Shown piece after piece: positions 48,542 to 58,134 of a stretch of DNA of 64,000 nucleotides (positions within the stretch are counted from its first letter, which is position 1; every line of letters begins with the position of its first letter). The position numbers and the translations under genes are program-made. The notes beneath the pieces are model-generated. The model was given only the letters and a program-made list of their open reading frames with translations. It ran no database searches and was not told the origin of the DNA. Origin of the DNA: an uncultured Bacteroidota bacterium (GTDB lineage: Bacteria > Bacteroidota > Bacteroidia > Bacteroidales > WCHB1-69); NCBI GenBank assembly GCA_902786595.1, contig CADADB010000004.1, forward strand, positions 105,162-169,161, written 5' to 3'.

Positions 48542-49663
48542 TTACAGCAACAGCTCGTAAAAATTTTCAGGATTAACCGTTTTTATTTCCGTGTTTGGAT
48601 AGGCGTTCAGAAATGTCGCGCTTATTCTCGCTTTTTTCTTTGAATTCCACTTGAACTCATATGCAGTAAGCTTTCCGTCACCCACCTCAATGTAGTCAAT
48701 CTCCTGCTGCTGTGTGGTCCTCCAGAAATAACGGTTGACAAAAGTGCGGTCGTAATGCCGTTTTTTAACAAACTCGCTAATCATCCAATTCTCCCATAAG
48801 GCACCGACATCATCACGCAATGCAAGATCGTTAAAGTTGTTGATGAGGGCGTTTCTAACCCCATTGTCGTAAAAATAGATTTTTCGTGCTGCCTTAAGTT
48901 CGTTGCGTAGATTGCGGCTCAAAGAACCGAGTCTGAAAAGAATCTGGGTTTGTTCCAGAAGCGTAATGTACTTCTCCACGGTATTCTTGTCAAGTCCCAC
49001 TTGGCGACTTAATTCGTTCAGAGAAACCTCACTGCCTACTTGGAAGGCCAACAACTGCAACAACCTGACCAATTTGTCGGATTTCTTGACACGTTCCCAT
49101 TCGAGAATATCTTTGTACAAGTAACTGTCCGTAATTTGCTTCAGCACTTCGCGTTCATCACCGGGGCTTGTTACCACATCAGGATAATACCCATATATCA
49201 GTCTCAGGGGCAAATGCTTGATTTCCTCGAAAGGGCTTGTATGTTCCGCCATTTCTCCAAAAGACAAAGGGAACAAAGTATATTCCCATTTTCTTCCCGT
49301 CAACGGCTCGTTGATGCGATTGGCCAGATCAAACGACGAACTTCCCGTCAAAATGAGCTGTACGTTTGGTAAATTGTCGGTAATCAGTTTCATTTTCAAG
49401 CCTATATTCTCTATACGCTGCGCCTCATCAACTACCATGATTTTTCTTGATCCGATCATACTGCGGAATTTTTCCACTGAAACATCCTGCAATAACGTAC
49501 GAGTGCCCAATTCATCCCCGTTAAGCCACAAAACATCATCATACCGGCGCATCAATTCATTCAACAATGTGGTTTTACCGACTTGTCTGGCACCGACCAA
49601 GACAATGGCCTTTCCTGTAAATATCCTGTCTATCAATGTTTTATATAATTTTCGTGCTATCAT
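48542..49663 (-). CDS. AAA_14 ATPase with DUF4143 C-terminal nuclease-like domain
   Basis: GARQVGKT, DEAQ, TGSSS, EPLTGR, KIYFYDNG, EIDYIE...YEFK. Confidence 0.9.
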   Translation of the reverse strand: MIARKLYKTLIDRIFTGKAIVLVGARQVGKTTLLNELMRRYDDVLWLNGDELGTRTLLQDVSVEKFRSMIGSRKIMVVDEAQRIENIGLKMKLITDNLPNVQLILTGSSSFDLANRINEPLTGRKWEYTLFPLSFGEMAEHTSPFEEIKHLPLRLIYGYYPDVVTSPGDEREVLKQITDSYLYKDILEWERVKKSDKLVRLLQLLAFQVGSEVSLNELSRQVGLDKNTVEKYITLLEQTQILFRLGSLSRNLRNELKAARKIYFYDNGVRNALINNFNDLALRDDVGALWENWMISEFVKKRHYDRTFVNRYFWRTTQQQEIDYIEVGDGKLTAYEFKWNSKKKARISATFLNAYPNTEIKTVNPENFYELLL

Positions 49664-49695
49664 GTCTAAACAATTTCACGCTGCAAAGATACTAA

Positions 49696-49749
49696 ATTTG
49701 GTGAATCAATTCACCAAATATTATAATTTTTAGTGATTTAATTCACCGA
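49696..49749. promoter_or_regulatory. Twin palindromic operators upstream of the AAA-DUF4143 gene
   Basis: ATTTGGTGAAT-CA-ATTCACCAAAT and degenerate TAGTGATTTAATTCACCG beside a minus-strand TATCTTTG. Confidence 0.55.
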
Positions 49750-49781
49750 AAAACATTTTTATATTTGCATTTTTTCTTCAA

Positions 49782-49811
49782 TTTGTGAAAACAATGATAC
49801 TTTTTGTGAAA
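49782..49811 (+). promoter_or_regulatory. Putative AraC direct-repeat half-sites
   Basis: TTTGTGAAA at 49782 and 49803 (21-bp spacing), upstream of TATTTTTG at 49833. Confidence 0.45.
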
Positions 49812-49898
49812 CTTTCACGACAGGAAACGTTGTATTTTTGCCTCGTCAAAATGACAGAGATTATAGACCCGTTATAAAATAAAGAAAACCAATACGTT

Positions 49899-50438
49899 AT
49901 GCAAGAATTTATCGTTGACCCGAGACAAAGCACGCCCGAGGAATTGGCGGAAGGGATGCGTCAGGCGCAGACCTTGTTCAAACTTAACCACACGATGCCC
50001 TACACCGAAGAGTACAACGCCCTCGCCGGAGAGCTGTTCGGCCATGATGTGTTTGCCGACGGCGGATTCGTGATGCCCGGTCTGACGGGTGTCTGTTTCG
50101 ACCGTGTGAAGCTGGGCCGCGGTGTGAAAATCATGAACAACTGCCTGATGATGGCCCGCGGCGGCATCACCATCGACGACAACGCAATGGTCGCCGCCAA
50201 CGCGCAGCTCATCAGCAACAACCACGACCTCCACGACCGGATGCTGCTCACCTGCAAGCCCGTCCACATCGGCAAGGATGTCTGGATCGGCGCGGGCGCC
50301 ACCATCCTGCCAGGCGTGACCGTTGGCGACAATGCCGTGGTGGCCGCCGGCGCGGTAGTGACCAAAGACGTGGCCCCGAACACCATCGTGGGAGGGAATC
50401 CCGCCAAGTTTATCAAAGAAATTTCCGAAAAACAATAA
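49899..50438 (+). CDS. Sugar O-acetyltransferase (hexapeptide repeat, Maa-like)
   Basis: [11 protein letters not shown]...ILPGVTVG...VVTKDV...GGNPAK. Confidence 0.9.
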   Translation: MQEFIVDPRQSTPEELAEGMRQAQTLFKLNHTMPYTEEYNALAGELFGHDVFADGGFVMPGLTGVCFDRVKLGRGVKIMNNCLMMARGGITIDDNAMVAANAQLISNNHDLHDRMLLTCKPVHIGKDVWIGAGATILPGVTVGDNAVVAAGAVVTKDVAPNTIVGGNPAKFIKEISEKQ

Positions 50439-50456
50439 CCAATTATCAATACAATT

Positions 50457-51302
50457 ATGGAATATATCAAATTATCCAATGGCGTTGAGATGCCCCTGCT
50501 GGGCTACGGCGTTTTTCAAGTAAGCCCTGATGAATGCGAGCGTTGCGTGAGCGATGCGCTGAGCGTTGGCTACCGGCTGATAGATACAGCACAAGCGTAT
50601 GCCAACGAGGAGGGAGTGGGTAACGCCTGGCGCAAAAGTGGCCTGAAACGAGAGGAGGTTTTCCTCGTGACGAAGGTATGGATCAGCAATGCTGGCGAGG
50701 AGAAAGCAGCCAAGAGTATTGACGAGAGTCTGCGCAAACTCCAGACGGAGTACATCGACCTGATGCTCATCCATCAGGCTTACGGCGACGTGTTCGGCAC
50801 CTGGCGGGCGATGGAGAAAGCCTATCGCGACGGCAAGGTGCGTGCCATCGGGGTGAGCAACTTCCAACAAGCCCGTTTCTTCGACTTCGCCCACTATGTG
50901 GATATCAAGCCGATGGTGAACCAACTGCAATGCAACACCCTCATCCAGCAGACAGCCATCGAGCCGATACTTGCAGAATTCGGCACACGTATGATGGCTT
51001 GGGGACCGCTTGGCGGACAAGGGGTCGAAGGCATCGTGAAGAGTGAAGAGCTTGCCGCCATAGGTGCCAAGTATGGCAAAAGTGCCGCTCAGGTGGCCCT
51101 CCGGTGGCTCACACAACGCGGCATCGTGGCCATCCCGAAATCCACCCACAAGGAACGTATGCAGCAGAACCTCGACGTCTTCGACTTTGCCCTCACCGAC
51201 GACGATCTGGTTCAGATTGCCACGATGAACCAGCACGACACCGGCACTGTCAACTTCAACGATATGAACTTTGTGAAGTATCTTATTGAGAATTACGGAT
51301 AA
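50457..51302 (+). CDS. Aldo/keto reductase
   Basis: LSNGVEMP, IDTAQAY, TKVW, IGVSNF, IPKS. Confidence 0.93.
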   Translation: MEYIKLSNGVEMPLLGYGVFQVSPDECERCVSDALSVGYRLIDTAQAYANEEGVGNAWRKSGLKREEVFLVTKVWISNAGEEKAAKSIDESLRKLQTEYIDLMLIHQAYGDVFGTWRAMEKAYRDGKVRAIGVSNFQQARFFDFAHYVDIKPMVNQLQCNTLIQQTAIEPILAEFGTRMMAWGPLGGQGVEGIVKSEELAAIGAKYGKSAAQVALRWLTQRGIVAIPKSTHKERMQQNLDVFDFALTDDDLVQIATMNQHDTGTVNFNDMNFVKYLIENYG

Positions 51303-51327
51303 AAATATTAACCCAATACTATTTACA

Positions 51328-52308
51328 ATGAAAAAAATTGCATTTCTTGCCGTTGCAGTGTTAATGCTACTCGGCTGTCAACCGAAAGAGGAAGTCTTCG
51401 CACAGCAACCTCAGGGTTCGGTGGTCTATATGACCAAGGAAATCACCCCCGAAGCGCTGATCAACATCTACCAGGCACTCGGTGTGCCGGCAGAAGGTCG
51501 CGTGGCCGTGAAAATCTCCACCGGCGAGGCCGGCAACAACAACCACCTGAAGGCCGGACTCATCGGGCCGCTGGTGCAGTTAGTGAACGGCAGGATTGTG
51601 GAATGCAACACCGCCTACGCTGGCAGCCGCATGAACACCGAAGACCACCTGAAAGTCATCGAGGAGCACGGTTTCAACACCATCGGCGGTGTGGACATTA
51701 TGGATGCCGACGGCGAAATCCGCATCCCTGTGCGCGACACCACCTACATGCGCTACAATATTGTGGGGAAGAACCTGCAGAACTACGACTTCATGATCAA
51801 CCTCGCCCATTTCAAGGGGCATCAAATGGGCGGCTTTGGCGGCGTGCTGAAGAACGCCAGCATCGGAGTGGCCTCGCGCAACGGCAAGACCTACATCCAC
51901 ACCAACGGACAAAGCGAGGACTACACCCACCTCTGGGAATACATCCAGCCGCAGAATCAGGACAAGTTCCTCGAGTGTATGGCCACCGCTGCCGCTGCGG
52001 TGCATGACTACTTCAAAGGCAAGGTTCTCTACATCGCCGTGATGAATAACATGAGCATCGACTGCGACTGCAACGGCAATCCCACCCCTGTGGCGCTCAA
52101 AGACATGGGCATCCTCGCCAGTACTGATCCCGTGGCCCTCGACCAGGCCTGCATCGACCTCGTCCTCGGTCAGGAGCAGAGCGCCGACAACGATGTCGCC
52201 TCCATGAAAGAGCGCATCGAGAGCCGCCACGGCATCCATACCGTCGAACACGCCGAAAAAATCGGTCTCGGCAGCCGCCAGTACACGATTATTAGTATCG
52301 ACAAATAA
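51328..52308 (+). CDS. DUF362 domain protein with lipoprotein signal
   Basis: VAVKISTGE, VECNTAY, HFKGH, DCDC, ASTDPVALDQAC; LLGC lipobox. Confidence 0.88.
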   Translation: MKKIAFLAVAVLMLLGCQPKEEVFAQQPQGSVVYMTKEITPEALINIYQALGVPAEGRVAVKISTGEAGNNNHLKAGLIGPLVQLVNGRIVECNTAYAGSRMNTEDHLKVIEEHGFNTIGGVDIMDADGEIRIPVRDTTYMRYNIVGKNLQNYDFMINLAHFKGHQMGGFGGVLKNASIGVASRNGKTYIHTNGQSEDYTHLWEYIQPQNQDKFLECMATAAAAVHDYFKGKVLYIAVMNNMSIDCDCNGNPTPVALKDMGILASTDPVALDQACIDLVLGQEQSADNDVASMKERIESRHGIHTVEHAEKIGLGSRQYTIISIDK

Positions 52309-52327
52309 TACCGCAAATCAATAGGTT

Positions 52328-52969
52328 ATGAACATCAAAAACATCCTCGTTGCAGTCCTCGCCGTGTTTTTCGCCACGGGCTGCAACGGACAGAATAAAA
52401 ACAATGTGGAGACGTTTCAGGAAACGTCTCTACAGAACGAACAAAAATCAAATTCCGGAAATATGAGCAAATCCATCGTCATTTTCTTCTCCCACGCGGG
52501 GGACAACTATTCCGTCGGCGTCATCGACACGGGTAACACCAAGGTCGTGGCCGACTACATCAGTGAAATCACAGGCGCCGACCAGTTCGAGATCGTCACC
52601 CACAAATACGACGGCATGGCCTACACACCGCTCATCGAGCTGGCCAAGAAGGAGGCCGCCGCGGGCGAGCTGCCGCCTTACGAGGGCACTGCTCCTGACC
52701 TCAGCGGCTACGACACCGTCTTCATCGGCGGTCCCGTATGGTGGGGCACCTACCCGCAGGTGATGTTTACTCTGTTCAAGGACATCAACCTCGACGGCAA
52801 GACCGTCATCCCCTTCACCACCCACGAAGGCAGCGGCCTGGCCTCCTGCGTCAGCGACGTGAAGAAGGCCTTCCCGAAAGCCAACGTCACGGGCGAGTTC
52901 AGCATCTACGGTCACGAGGTGCGAGGCGGCAAGGCGAAGGTGGAGCGGTGGCTGAAAGGACTCAGATAA
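52328..52969 (+). CDS. Flavodoxin with lipoprotein signal
   Basis: FFSHAG...GNT, GPVWWG, PFTTHEGSG; ATGC lipobox. Confidence 0.9.
   Translation: MNIKNILVAVLAVFFATGCNGQNKNNVETFQETSLQNEQKSNSGNMSKSIVIFFSHAGDNYSVGVIDTGNTKVVADYISEITGADQFEIVTHKYDGMAYTPLIELAKKEAAAGELPPYEGTAPDLSGYDTVFIGGPVWWGTYPQVMFTLFKDINLDGKTVIPFTTHEGSGLASCVSDVKKAFPKANVTGEFSIYGHEVRGGKAKVERWLKGLR
52406..52433. repeat. 28-nt REP palindrome (copy 6) translated in frame inside the flavodoxin gene
   Basis: GTGGAGACG-TTTCAGGAAA-CGTCTCTAC encodes VETFQETSL. Confidence 0.75.
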
Positions 52970-52990
52970 TCGCACAATCATCCTAAAATT

Positions 52991-53446
52991 ATGAAATACA
53001 CGCAATTAGGAAACACCGGCATTGAGGTCAGCCGCATCTGCGTCGGCTGCATGTCGTACGGGAAGCCCTCGGAGGACTTCCACCTGTGGACTCTCAACCA
53101 GGAGGAGACCACGAAGATGATCAAGCACGCCCTCGACCTCGGGGTGAACTTCTTCGACACCGCCAACGGCTATTCGCACGGCACCAGCGAGGAGTTCTTA
53201 GGCAAAGCGCTGAAAGACCTCGGTGTCGCCCGTGTGGCGGAGGTGGCGGAGCGTCTCGGTGTGACGATGACGGAAGTCGCGTTGGCCTGGCTGCTGAAGC
53301 GGGGGGTCGCCGCACCCATCGTGGGAGCCACGAAAGTGCCGCACTTCAATGACGCGGTCCGCGCTCTGGATCTCGACCTCAGCGACGAAGACGCTGCCTA
53401 CCTCGAAGAGCCCTACAAGGCGCACGAAGTGGTGGGAGCGCTGTGA
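52991..53446 (+). pseudogene. Aldo/keto reductase with a large in-frame internal deletion
   Basis: N-terminal part (FFDTANGY..SEEFLGKAL) joins at GVAR directly to the C-terminal part (VAEVAER...VALAWL...PIVGA); 151 aa versus about 320 for the family. Confidence 0.8.
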
Positions 53447-53549
53447 GCCTTCGGCTGTTGGTAAGCTTCGCTGTTAGTTAGCTTCGCTGTTGATTAGCCT
53501 GCGGCTGTTAATGACTTCGTGTTAACATGAAATAATCAACACGAAGTCA
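53446..53549. repeat. Mini-hairpin array A (7-nt unit alternating with palindromes; 5 units plus one inverted unit)
   Basis: AGCCTTCGGCT GTTGGTA AGCTTCGCT GTTAGTT AGCTTCGCT GTTGATT AGCCTGCGGCT GTTAATG ACTTCGT GTTAACA ... AATCAAC ACGAAGT. Confidence 0.85.
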
Positions 53550-53602
53550 TCAGTCTTTCTGTTTCTTTCAAGAAAAGTAGTGTTTTTGAAGTATTCTTTG
53601 CC

Positions 53603-54118
53603 TTAGTCGAGCACCAGACTGGGGGCGCTGTAGGCGCGGGCGGCGAGCTCCTGGTTGAGCATATAGAGACTGCGGGGGTCGCTGCCGAAGAGTTCCATCT
53701 TCGAGATCATATCGCGGGCGTTAGTCTCCTCTTCGCCTTGCTCTTTGACGAACCAGTCGAGGAACTGCATAGTGCGGAAATCCTTGACCTTGTTGGCGGC
53801 ATCATAGATAGTGTGGATCGAGGCGGTCACATACTCCTCGTGTTCCAGACCGGCCTTCAGCACGTCCATATCTTTCTTGAACACCTTGTCGGGTTTGGCG
53901 ATGGCATCCAGCGTTACGGGGCAGTCGTTGTTCTGCATGTAGCGGTAGAACAGCATGGCGTGGTCGCGCTCCTCCTGGGCCTGAATCATATACCAGTTAG
54001 CGAAACCGTTCAGACCGCGGCGCTCGAAATAGTTGGACATATCAAGATAGAGATAGGCGCTGTAAAGCTCCTTGTTGATTTGATCGTTAAGCAGATCGGC
54101 TACTTTTTTGTTAAGCAT
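53603..54118 (-). CDS. Non-heme ferritin
   Basis: QINKELYSAYLY, EERDHA, FLDWFVKEQGEEE ferroxidase residues. Confidence 0.93.
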   Translation of the reverse strand: MLNKKVADLLNDQINKELYSAYLYLDMSNYFERRGLNGFANWYMIQAQEERDHAMLFYRYMQNNDCPVTLDAIAKPDKVFKKDMDVLKAGLEHEEYVTASIHTIYDAANKVKDFRTMQFLDWFVKEQGEEETNARDMISKMELFGSDPRSLYMLNQELAARAYSAPSLVLD

Positions 54119-54327
54119 AATTATTGTTATTTATAAATTGTTGTCGAAAAGACGGATTAATGACGTTCCTGTTTTTTCGGTTGCAAAAATACGACTATTT
54201 TCTTACATGGCAAAAAAATATTTTGCAAAAGACTATGGCAGCCGGATTCATCTCGTCGATTTCGGATTTTTCTATTTTATTCAAGAAAAGTTGTATCTTT
54301 GCAGCGTCTTTTGAATAAAATGAGATA

Positions 54328-54948
54328 ATGACCTACTTGGAGTTCAGGGAGCAGTGGCACGGGATGGGATGTTTCAACGTTTATCAGATCCGTGCGTGGG
54401 AGCCGGGATTCGACCGAAGCAACCTCACACGCTGGGTGAAGCGGGGCTATTTGTCGAAACTGCGGCAGGACTGGTATGCCTTCAGCGACCTGAAGGGCAC
54501 TCCCGAGATGGCGCGTTATATTGCGCAGCGCATTTACACGCCGTCGTACATCAGCCTGCACTACGCCCTGTCGTTCTACGGCATCATTCCCGAAGCGGTG
54601 ACCGACATCACCTGCGTCACCTCCAACCGCACCACGGCCTACCATAACGACTTCGGCCGTTTCAGCTACCAGACCGTCAAGCCCGATCTTTTCTTCGGCT
54701 TCCGCCAGATGCCCGTTTCGCCGCAGGGCAGCTACCTGCTGGCTTTACCCGAAAAGGCCATCCTCGACCTGCTGTACCTTTACCCGCAATACAACACCGC
54801 CGAGACCTTGTTGGAGCTGCGCTTCGACGAATGGTGGATGCGGGAGGAACTGGACAAGGATCGACTGGCGGCTTACGCGACGCAAAGCGGCAACAAGTCG
54901 CTGCAAGAACGAATACAATTGTTGATGAAAACCTATACAGATGATTGA
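54328..54948 (+). CDS. AbiEi-like type IV TA antitoxin
   Basis: wHTH-like N-terminus, PSYISLHYALSFYGIIPEAV, PEKAILDLLY. Confidence 0.85.
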   Translation: MTYLEFREQWHGMGCFNVYQIRAWEPGFDRSNLTRWVKRGYLSKLRQDWYAFSDLKGTPEMARYIAQRIYTPSYISLHYALSFYGIIPEAVTDITCVTSNRTTAYHNDFGRFSYQTVKPDLFFGFRQMPVSPQGSYLLALPEKAILDLLYLYPQYNTAETLLELRFDEWWMREELDKDRLAAYATQSGNKSLQERIQLLMKTYTDD

Positions 54949-55729
54949 TTTACAGTCCATATTGGCCTACTATCCGCCGCAACTTGCGACGAACGCCGCA
55001 TTTCACAAGCACATCTTGAAGGAATACATTGAACTGTTGGCGCTGGAGCACCTTTCGCAATCGCCCTACGCGCCCAAATTGGTGTTCATCGGCGGGACCA
55101 ACCTGCGCCTTGTCCTCGGATTAGACCGTTTCTCCGAGGATTTGGATTTCGATTGCAAGCGACTGACGGCTGACGAGTTTGTCTCGATGACCGATGCGCT
55201 GGTCGATCACTTGCGGCTCAACGGTTTGCGCGTGGAGTTGCGCGACAAGGAGAATCCCCGGCTGACGGCCTTCCGTCGCAACATCTACTTCCCGGAACTG
55301 CTGTTCGACCTAAATCTCACCGGTCATCGGGAGGAAAGGTTTTTGATGAAGATCGAAGCCCAGGACCAAGGGGTGGACTACACTCCGCAAACGGCGATGG
55401 TCAGTCGCAACGGCTTCTTTTTTCCCGTGACGGTTCCGGCCAAGAGTACCATGCTCTCCATGAAGCTTGCGGCACTGCTGGCCCGGGCCAAAGGACGCGA
55501 CTTCTACGACACCATCTTCCTTTGGCAACAAACCGACCCCGACTACGGCTTCCTTCACCAACGATGTGGAATCGACACCCCGGAAATGTTGAAGAAAGCA
55601 CTATCCGACAAACTTGACACCACTGACCTTGAACTAAAGCAGAAAGACTTCGAGCATCTGCTCTTCAACCCTTCGCGCAGCACACAGATACTGCATTTCA
55701 AGCAATTTATAGATGGCAAATTAAAATAA
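54941..55729 (+). CDS. AbiEii-like nucleotidyltransferase toxin
   Basis: FIGGTNLR...RFSEDLDF, KLAALL.R.KGRDFYD; overlaps the antitoxin gene. Confidence 0.9.
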   Translation: MIDLQSILAYYPPQLATNAAFHKHILKEYIELLALEHLSQSPYAPKLVFIGGTNLRLVLGLDRFSEDLDFDCKRLTADEFVSMTDALVDHLRLNGLRVELRDKENPRLTAFRRNIYFPELLFDLNLTGHREERFLMKIEAQDQGVDYTPQTAMVSRNGFFFPVTVPAKSTMLSMKLAALLARAKGRDFYDTIFLWQQTDPDYGFLHQRCGIDTPEMLKKALSDKLDTTDLELKQKDFEHLLFNPSRSTQILHFKQFIDGKLK

Positions 55730-55758
55730 CGTTTCCAACGCACAAACATTCAAACTTT

Positions 55759-56151
55759 ATGATTAATCAAAACGAACGATTATATTATCGTGGTACTGTT
55801 TTTGAGGTAACCTACGAGTGGGAAGGAAGGATTGACACTCACCAATCCATTTTGGTAGAAACACACGATGAAGGTTTTGTCTTTGTAGTAGTCCAAATTA
55901 ACGAATATCACGCCGGATGTGTCGACGGCTATATTCACCTTCAGTTTGAATACGTTAAGGCGGTAACTCAATCTTTTCTTCAACAAGAATTGGTTAGACA
56001 ATGTTATAGCAACATTCTGAAGTTTCAAATCATTACAGAAAATCATAGTGAAACAATAAAGGAGTTTTTGAAATCCCAAAAAGAATGGGGTTTTTGGGAA
56101 GATCCTCTTCAACCTTACAATCCAAATAAAACCACTTCTCCCACGGATTAA
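55759..56151 (+). CDS. Hypothetical AT-rich protein, loosely immunity-protein-like
   Basis: Clean ORF with A-rich start context; RG...YHAG...AVT..FL pattern. Confidence 0.55.
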   Translation: MINQNERLYYRGTVFEVTYEWEGRIDTHQSILVETHDEGFVFVVVQINEYHAGCVDGYIHLQFEYVKAVTQSFLQQELVRQCYSNILKFQIITENHSETIKEFLKSQKEWGFWEDPLQPYNPNKTTSPTD

Positions 56152-56239
56152 TGCAGAAATATAGTCTGTGGAGTTCTGCGCGTTCTGCGGGCAAATAACT
56201 GTCCCATATTTTTGCACAAGAATTAAAGCGATATAAAAA

Positions 56240-56770
56240 ATGGACAAAAACGAACTCTTAGCAGCCATGTCGGACAGTTATGCGAAACTGAACGAGCAAA
56301 TCGGCAAAATGACAGATGACGAACTGAACGCGACTTTCCAGTTCGCCAATGACCAAAAAAAATGCGGTGCGCGATGGATTTACGACCAGTGCGCCCGCGA
56401 CCTCCTCATACACCTTTATGAATGGCAGGTGCTGATGCGCGAATTTGTGAACAACATCCGCGAAGGCCACCAAAAGGACTATCTGCCCGACGAATATCGC
56501 AAAAACTACCACGAGATGGACAAGATGCTGGTGGAAAAACACCAGAACACCTCGTTTCAGGAGGCACAGCGGCTTCTGGAGCAGACCCATGACGAAATGA
56601 TTCAGCTGGCAGACAGCTTTTCCGAGGAGGAACTTTTCATCAAAGGCCACTACAAGTGCACCTACACCACCGATATGGCCGCTTACTTCACGAGTGTCAC
56701 CACAAGTCCCTACAAGCAGGCCCTGAAGATGTTGAAGACGCACCAAAAGAAGCTGAAAACTTCGTGTTGA
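56240..56770 (+). CDS. ClbS/DfsB family (DUF1706) four-helix bundle protein
   Basis: KNELL...W..D...RDLLIHLYEW, FSEEELF, YF.S.T.SPY. Confidence 0.85.
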   Translation: MDKNELLAAMSDSYAKLNEQIGKMTDDELNATFQFANDQKKCGARWIYDQCARDLLIHLYEWQVLMREFVNNIREGHQKDYLPDEYRKNYHEMDKMLVEKHQNTSFQEAQRLLEQTHDEMIQLADSFSEEELFIKGHYKCTYTTDMAAYFTSVTTSPYKQALKMLKTHQKKLKTSC

Positions 56771-56808
56771 TGAGCCTGCGGCTGTTGGTTAGCCTTCGGC
56801 TGTTACGA
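56759..56808. repeat. Mini-hairpin array B
   Basis: ACTTCGT GTTGATG AGCCTGCGGCT GTTGGTT AGCCTTCGGCT GTT; supplies the last codons and TGA of the upstream gene. Confidence 0.8.
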
Positions 56809-56825
56809 TAGTCTTCCAAATTCTC

Positions 56826-57929
56826 TTATTTCTTTACAAACTCCACACGGCGGTTCTTGGCACGGCCTTCCTCTGTGGTGTTGGGGGCGATGGGGGAGTG
56901 TGATCCTTTGCCCACGGCCGAGAGACGTGATTTGTCGATACCCAGTTTCACCAGGGCATCCACGATGGCTTCTGCACGCTTCTGGCTCAGCGGATTGTTT
57001 ATGGCGTCGGTTCCGGTATTGTCGCAGTGACCCTGCACCTCGAAGGTGAGGTCGGCGTGCTCTTGCATCAGCTTGGCCACGCGGTTGATTTCAACGGTGG
57101 ATTCCGGTTTGAGGTCGGCCTTGCCGCTTTCGAAGGTGATGGCGTAGGTCACAATCTTGCCGTCGGTGGTCAAACGGTCGTAGAGCGGCACGGCGCCCTG
57201 GGCGATGCGCACGTTGCTCAACCCCGTGTAGCGATAGTACGCTCCGCTGGCGAAGAAGAGGTAGCCCGGAGCCTTCATCGCCGGCACGTTGATCATGCGC
57301 ACGCCATTCACATAGCCTTTGAAAGCCCGCTTGTTGAACGAAAAGGCGAAGTGGTTCCACTCGCCGGCAACCACCGGATTGTCCTTCTCCAAATAGTCGC
57401 TGGTGCCCGGGGTCAGCCCCAACATCTTTTCTCCACTCGACTGGCTGCTCCCGTCCGGTTTCAGCAGAGACCACGTCAAGTTGCAGGACCCGTCTTCCCT
57501 GTACCAAAAACGCACATAGCTTGAAGCGTTATAGTAGCTTTCGTCGCCGCGGTCGCCGAAATAAAGGTTCATTTCGAGCAATGTCTCCTCCTCGTCCCCC
57601 GTGTTCACCGGGGCCACGTAGAGGTCGAACTCCACCGTGAACACCTCAGGCAGCCAATCCCATTTCTCTTTCATCAGCGGCATCACCTGTCCCAGGCCGT
57701 TGTCGGTGAACGCCAGCACATTGCGACCCTTCTGCTGCGCAGTCTCCGCATAGCCGTCCAGCAAGTCCCATCGCAGCGAGAATTCCCCGAGTTTCTCGTG
57801 TTCAAAGTTGTCGTCGAATATGATTTCGTCGCCGGGAACAAAATCGCTCTTCGCGTAGTTGTTCTCCTGAGCATTCAGTGTCATTCCGGCAAGCATTAAC
57901 AGCACAGCCACAAATAATAATTTCTTCAT
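56826..57929 (-). CDS. OmpA family peptidoglycan-binding exported protein
   Basis: Signal peptide; DFVPGDEIIF; GHCD...N..LSQKRA, GRAKNRRVEF. Confidence 0.9.
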   Translation of the reverse strand: MKKLLFVAVLLMLAGMTLNAQENNYAKSDFVPGDEIIFDDNFEHEKLGEFSLRWDLLDGYAETAQQKGRNVLAFTDNGLGQVMPLMKEKWDWLPEVFTVEFDLYVAPVNTGDEEETLLEMNLYFGDRGDESYYNASSYVRFWYREDGSCNLTWSLLKPDGSSQSSGEKMLGLTPGTSDYLEKDNPVVAGEWNHFAFSFNKRAFKGYVNGVRMINVPAMKAPGYLFFASGAYYRYTGLSNVRIAQGAVPLYDRLTTDGKIVTYAITFESGKADLKPESTVEINRVAKLMQEHADLTFEVQGHCDNTGTDAINNPLSQKRAEAIVDALVKLGIDKSRLSAVGKGSHSPIAPNTTEEGRAKNRRVEFVKK

Positions 57930-58134
57930 GATGATAGCTTTTCAATGATTACAAAGTGCAAAAATACAAACTTTTTTGAAACAATGACGATAATCTGTAA
58001 GATGGACAGGGCTCACGCATAAACTTGGGACTTTGGAACACGGACACCGGCATCGACACCCGCGGCGACTGGGAACACACGATGGAATAAAAAAATCCCT
58101 ATTTTTGCAAGAAAAAAAGAGAGTGTCTCACACT

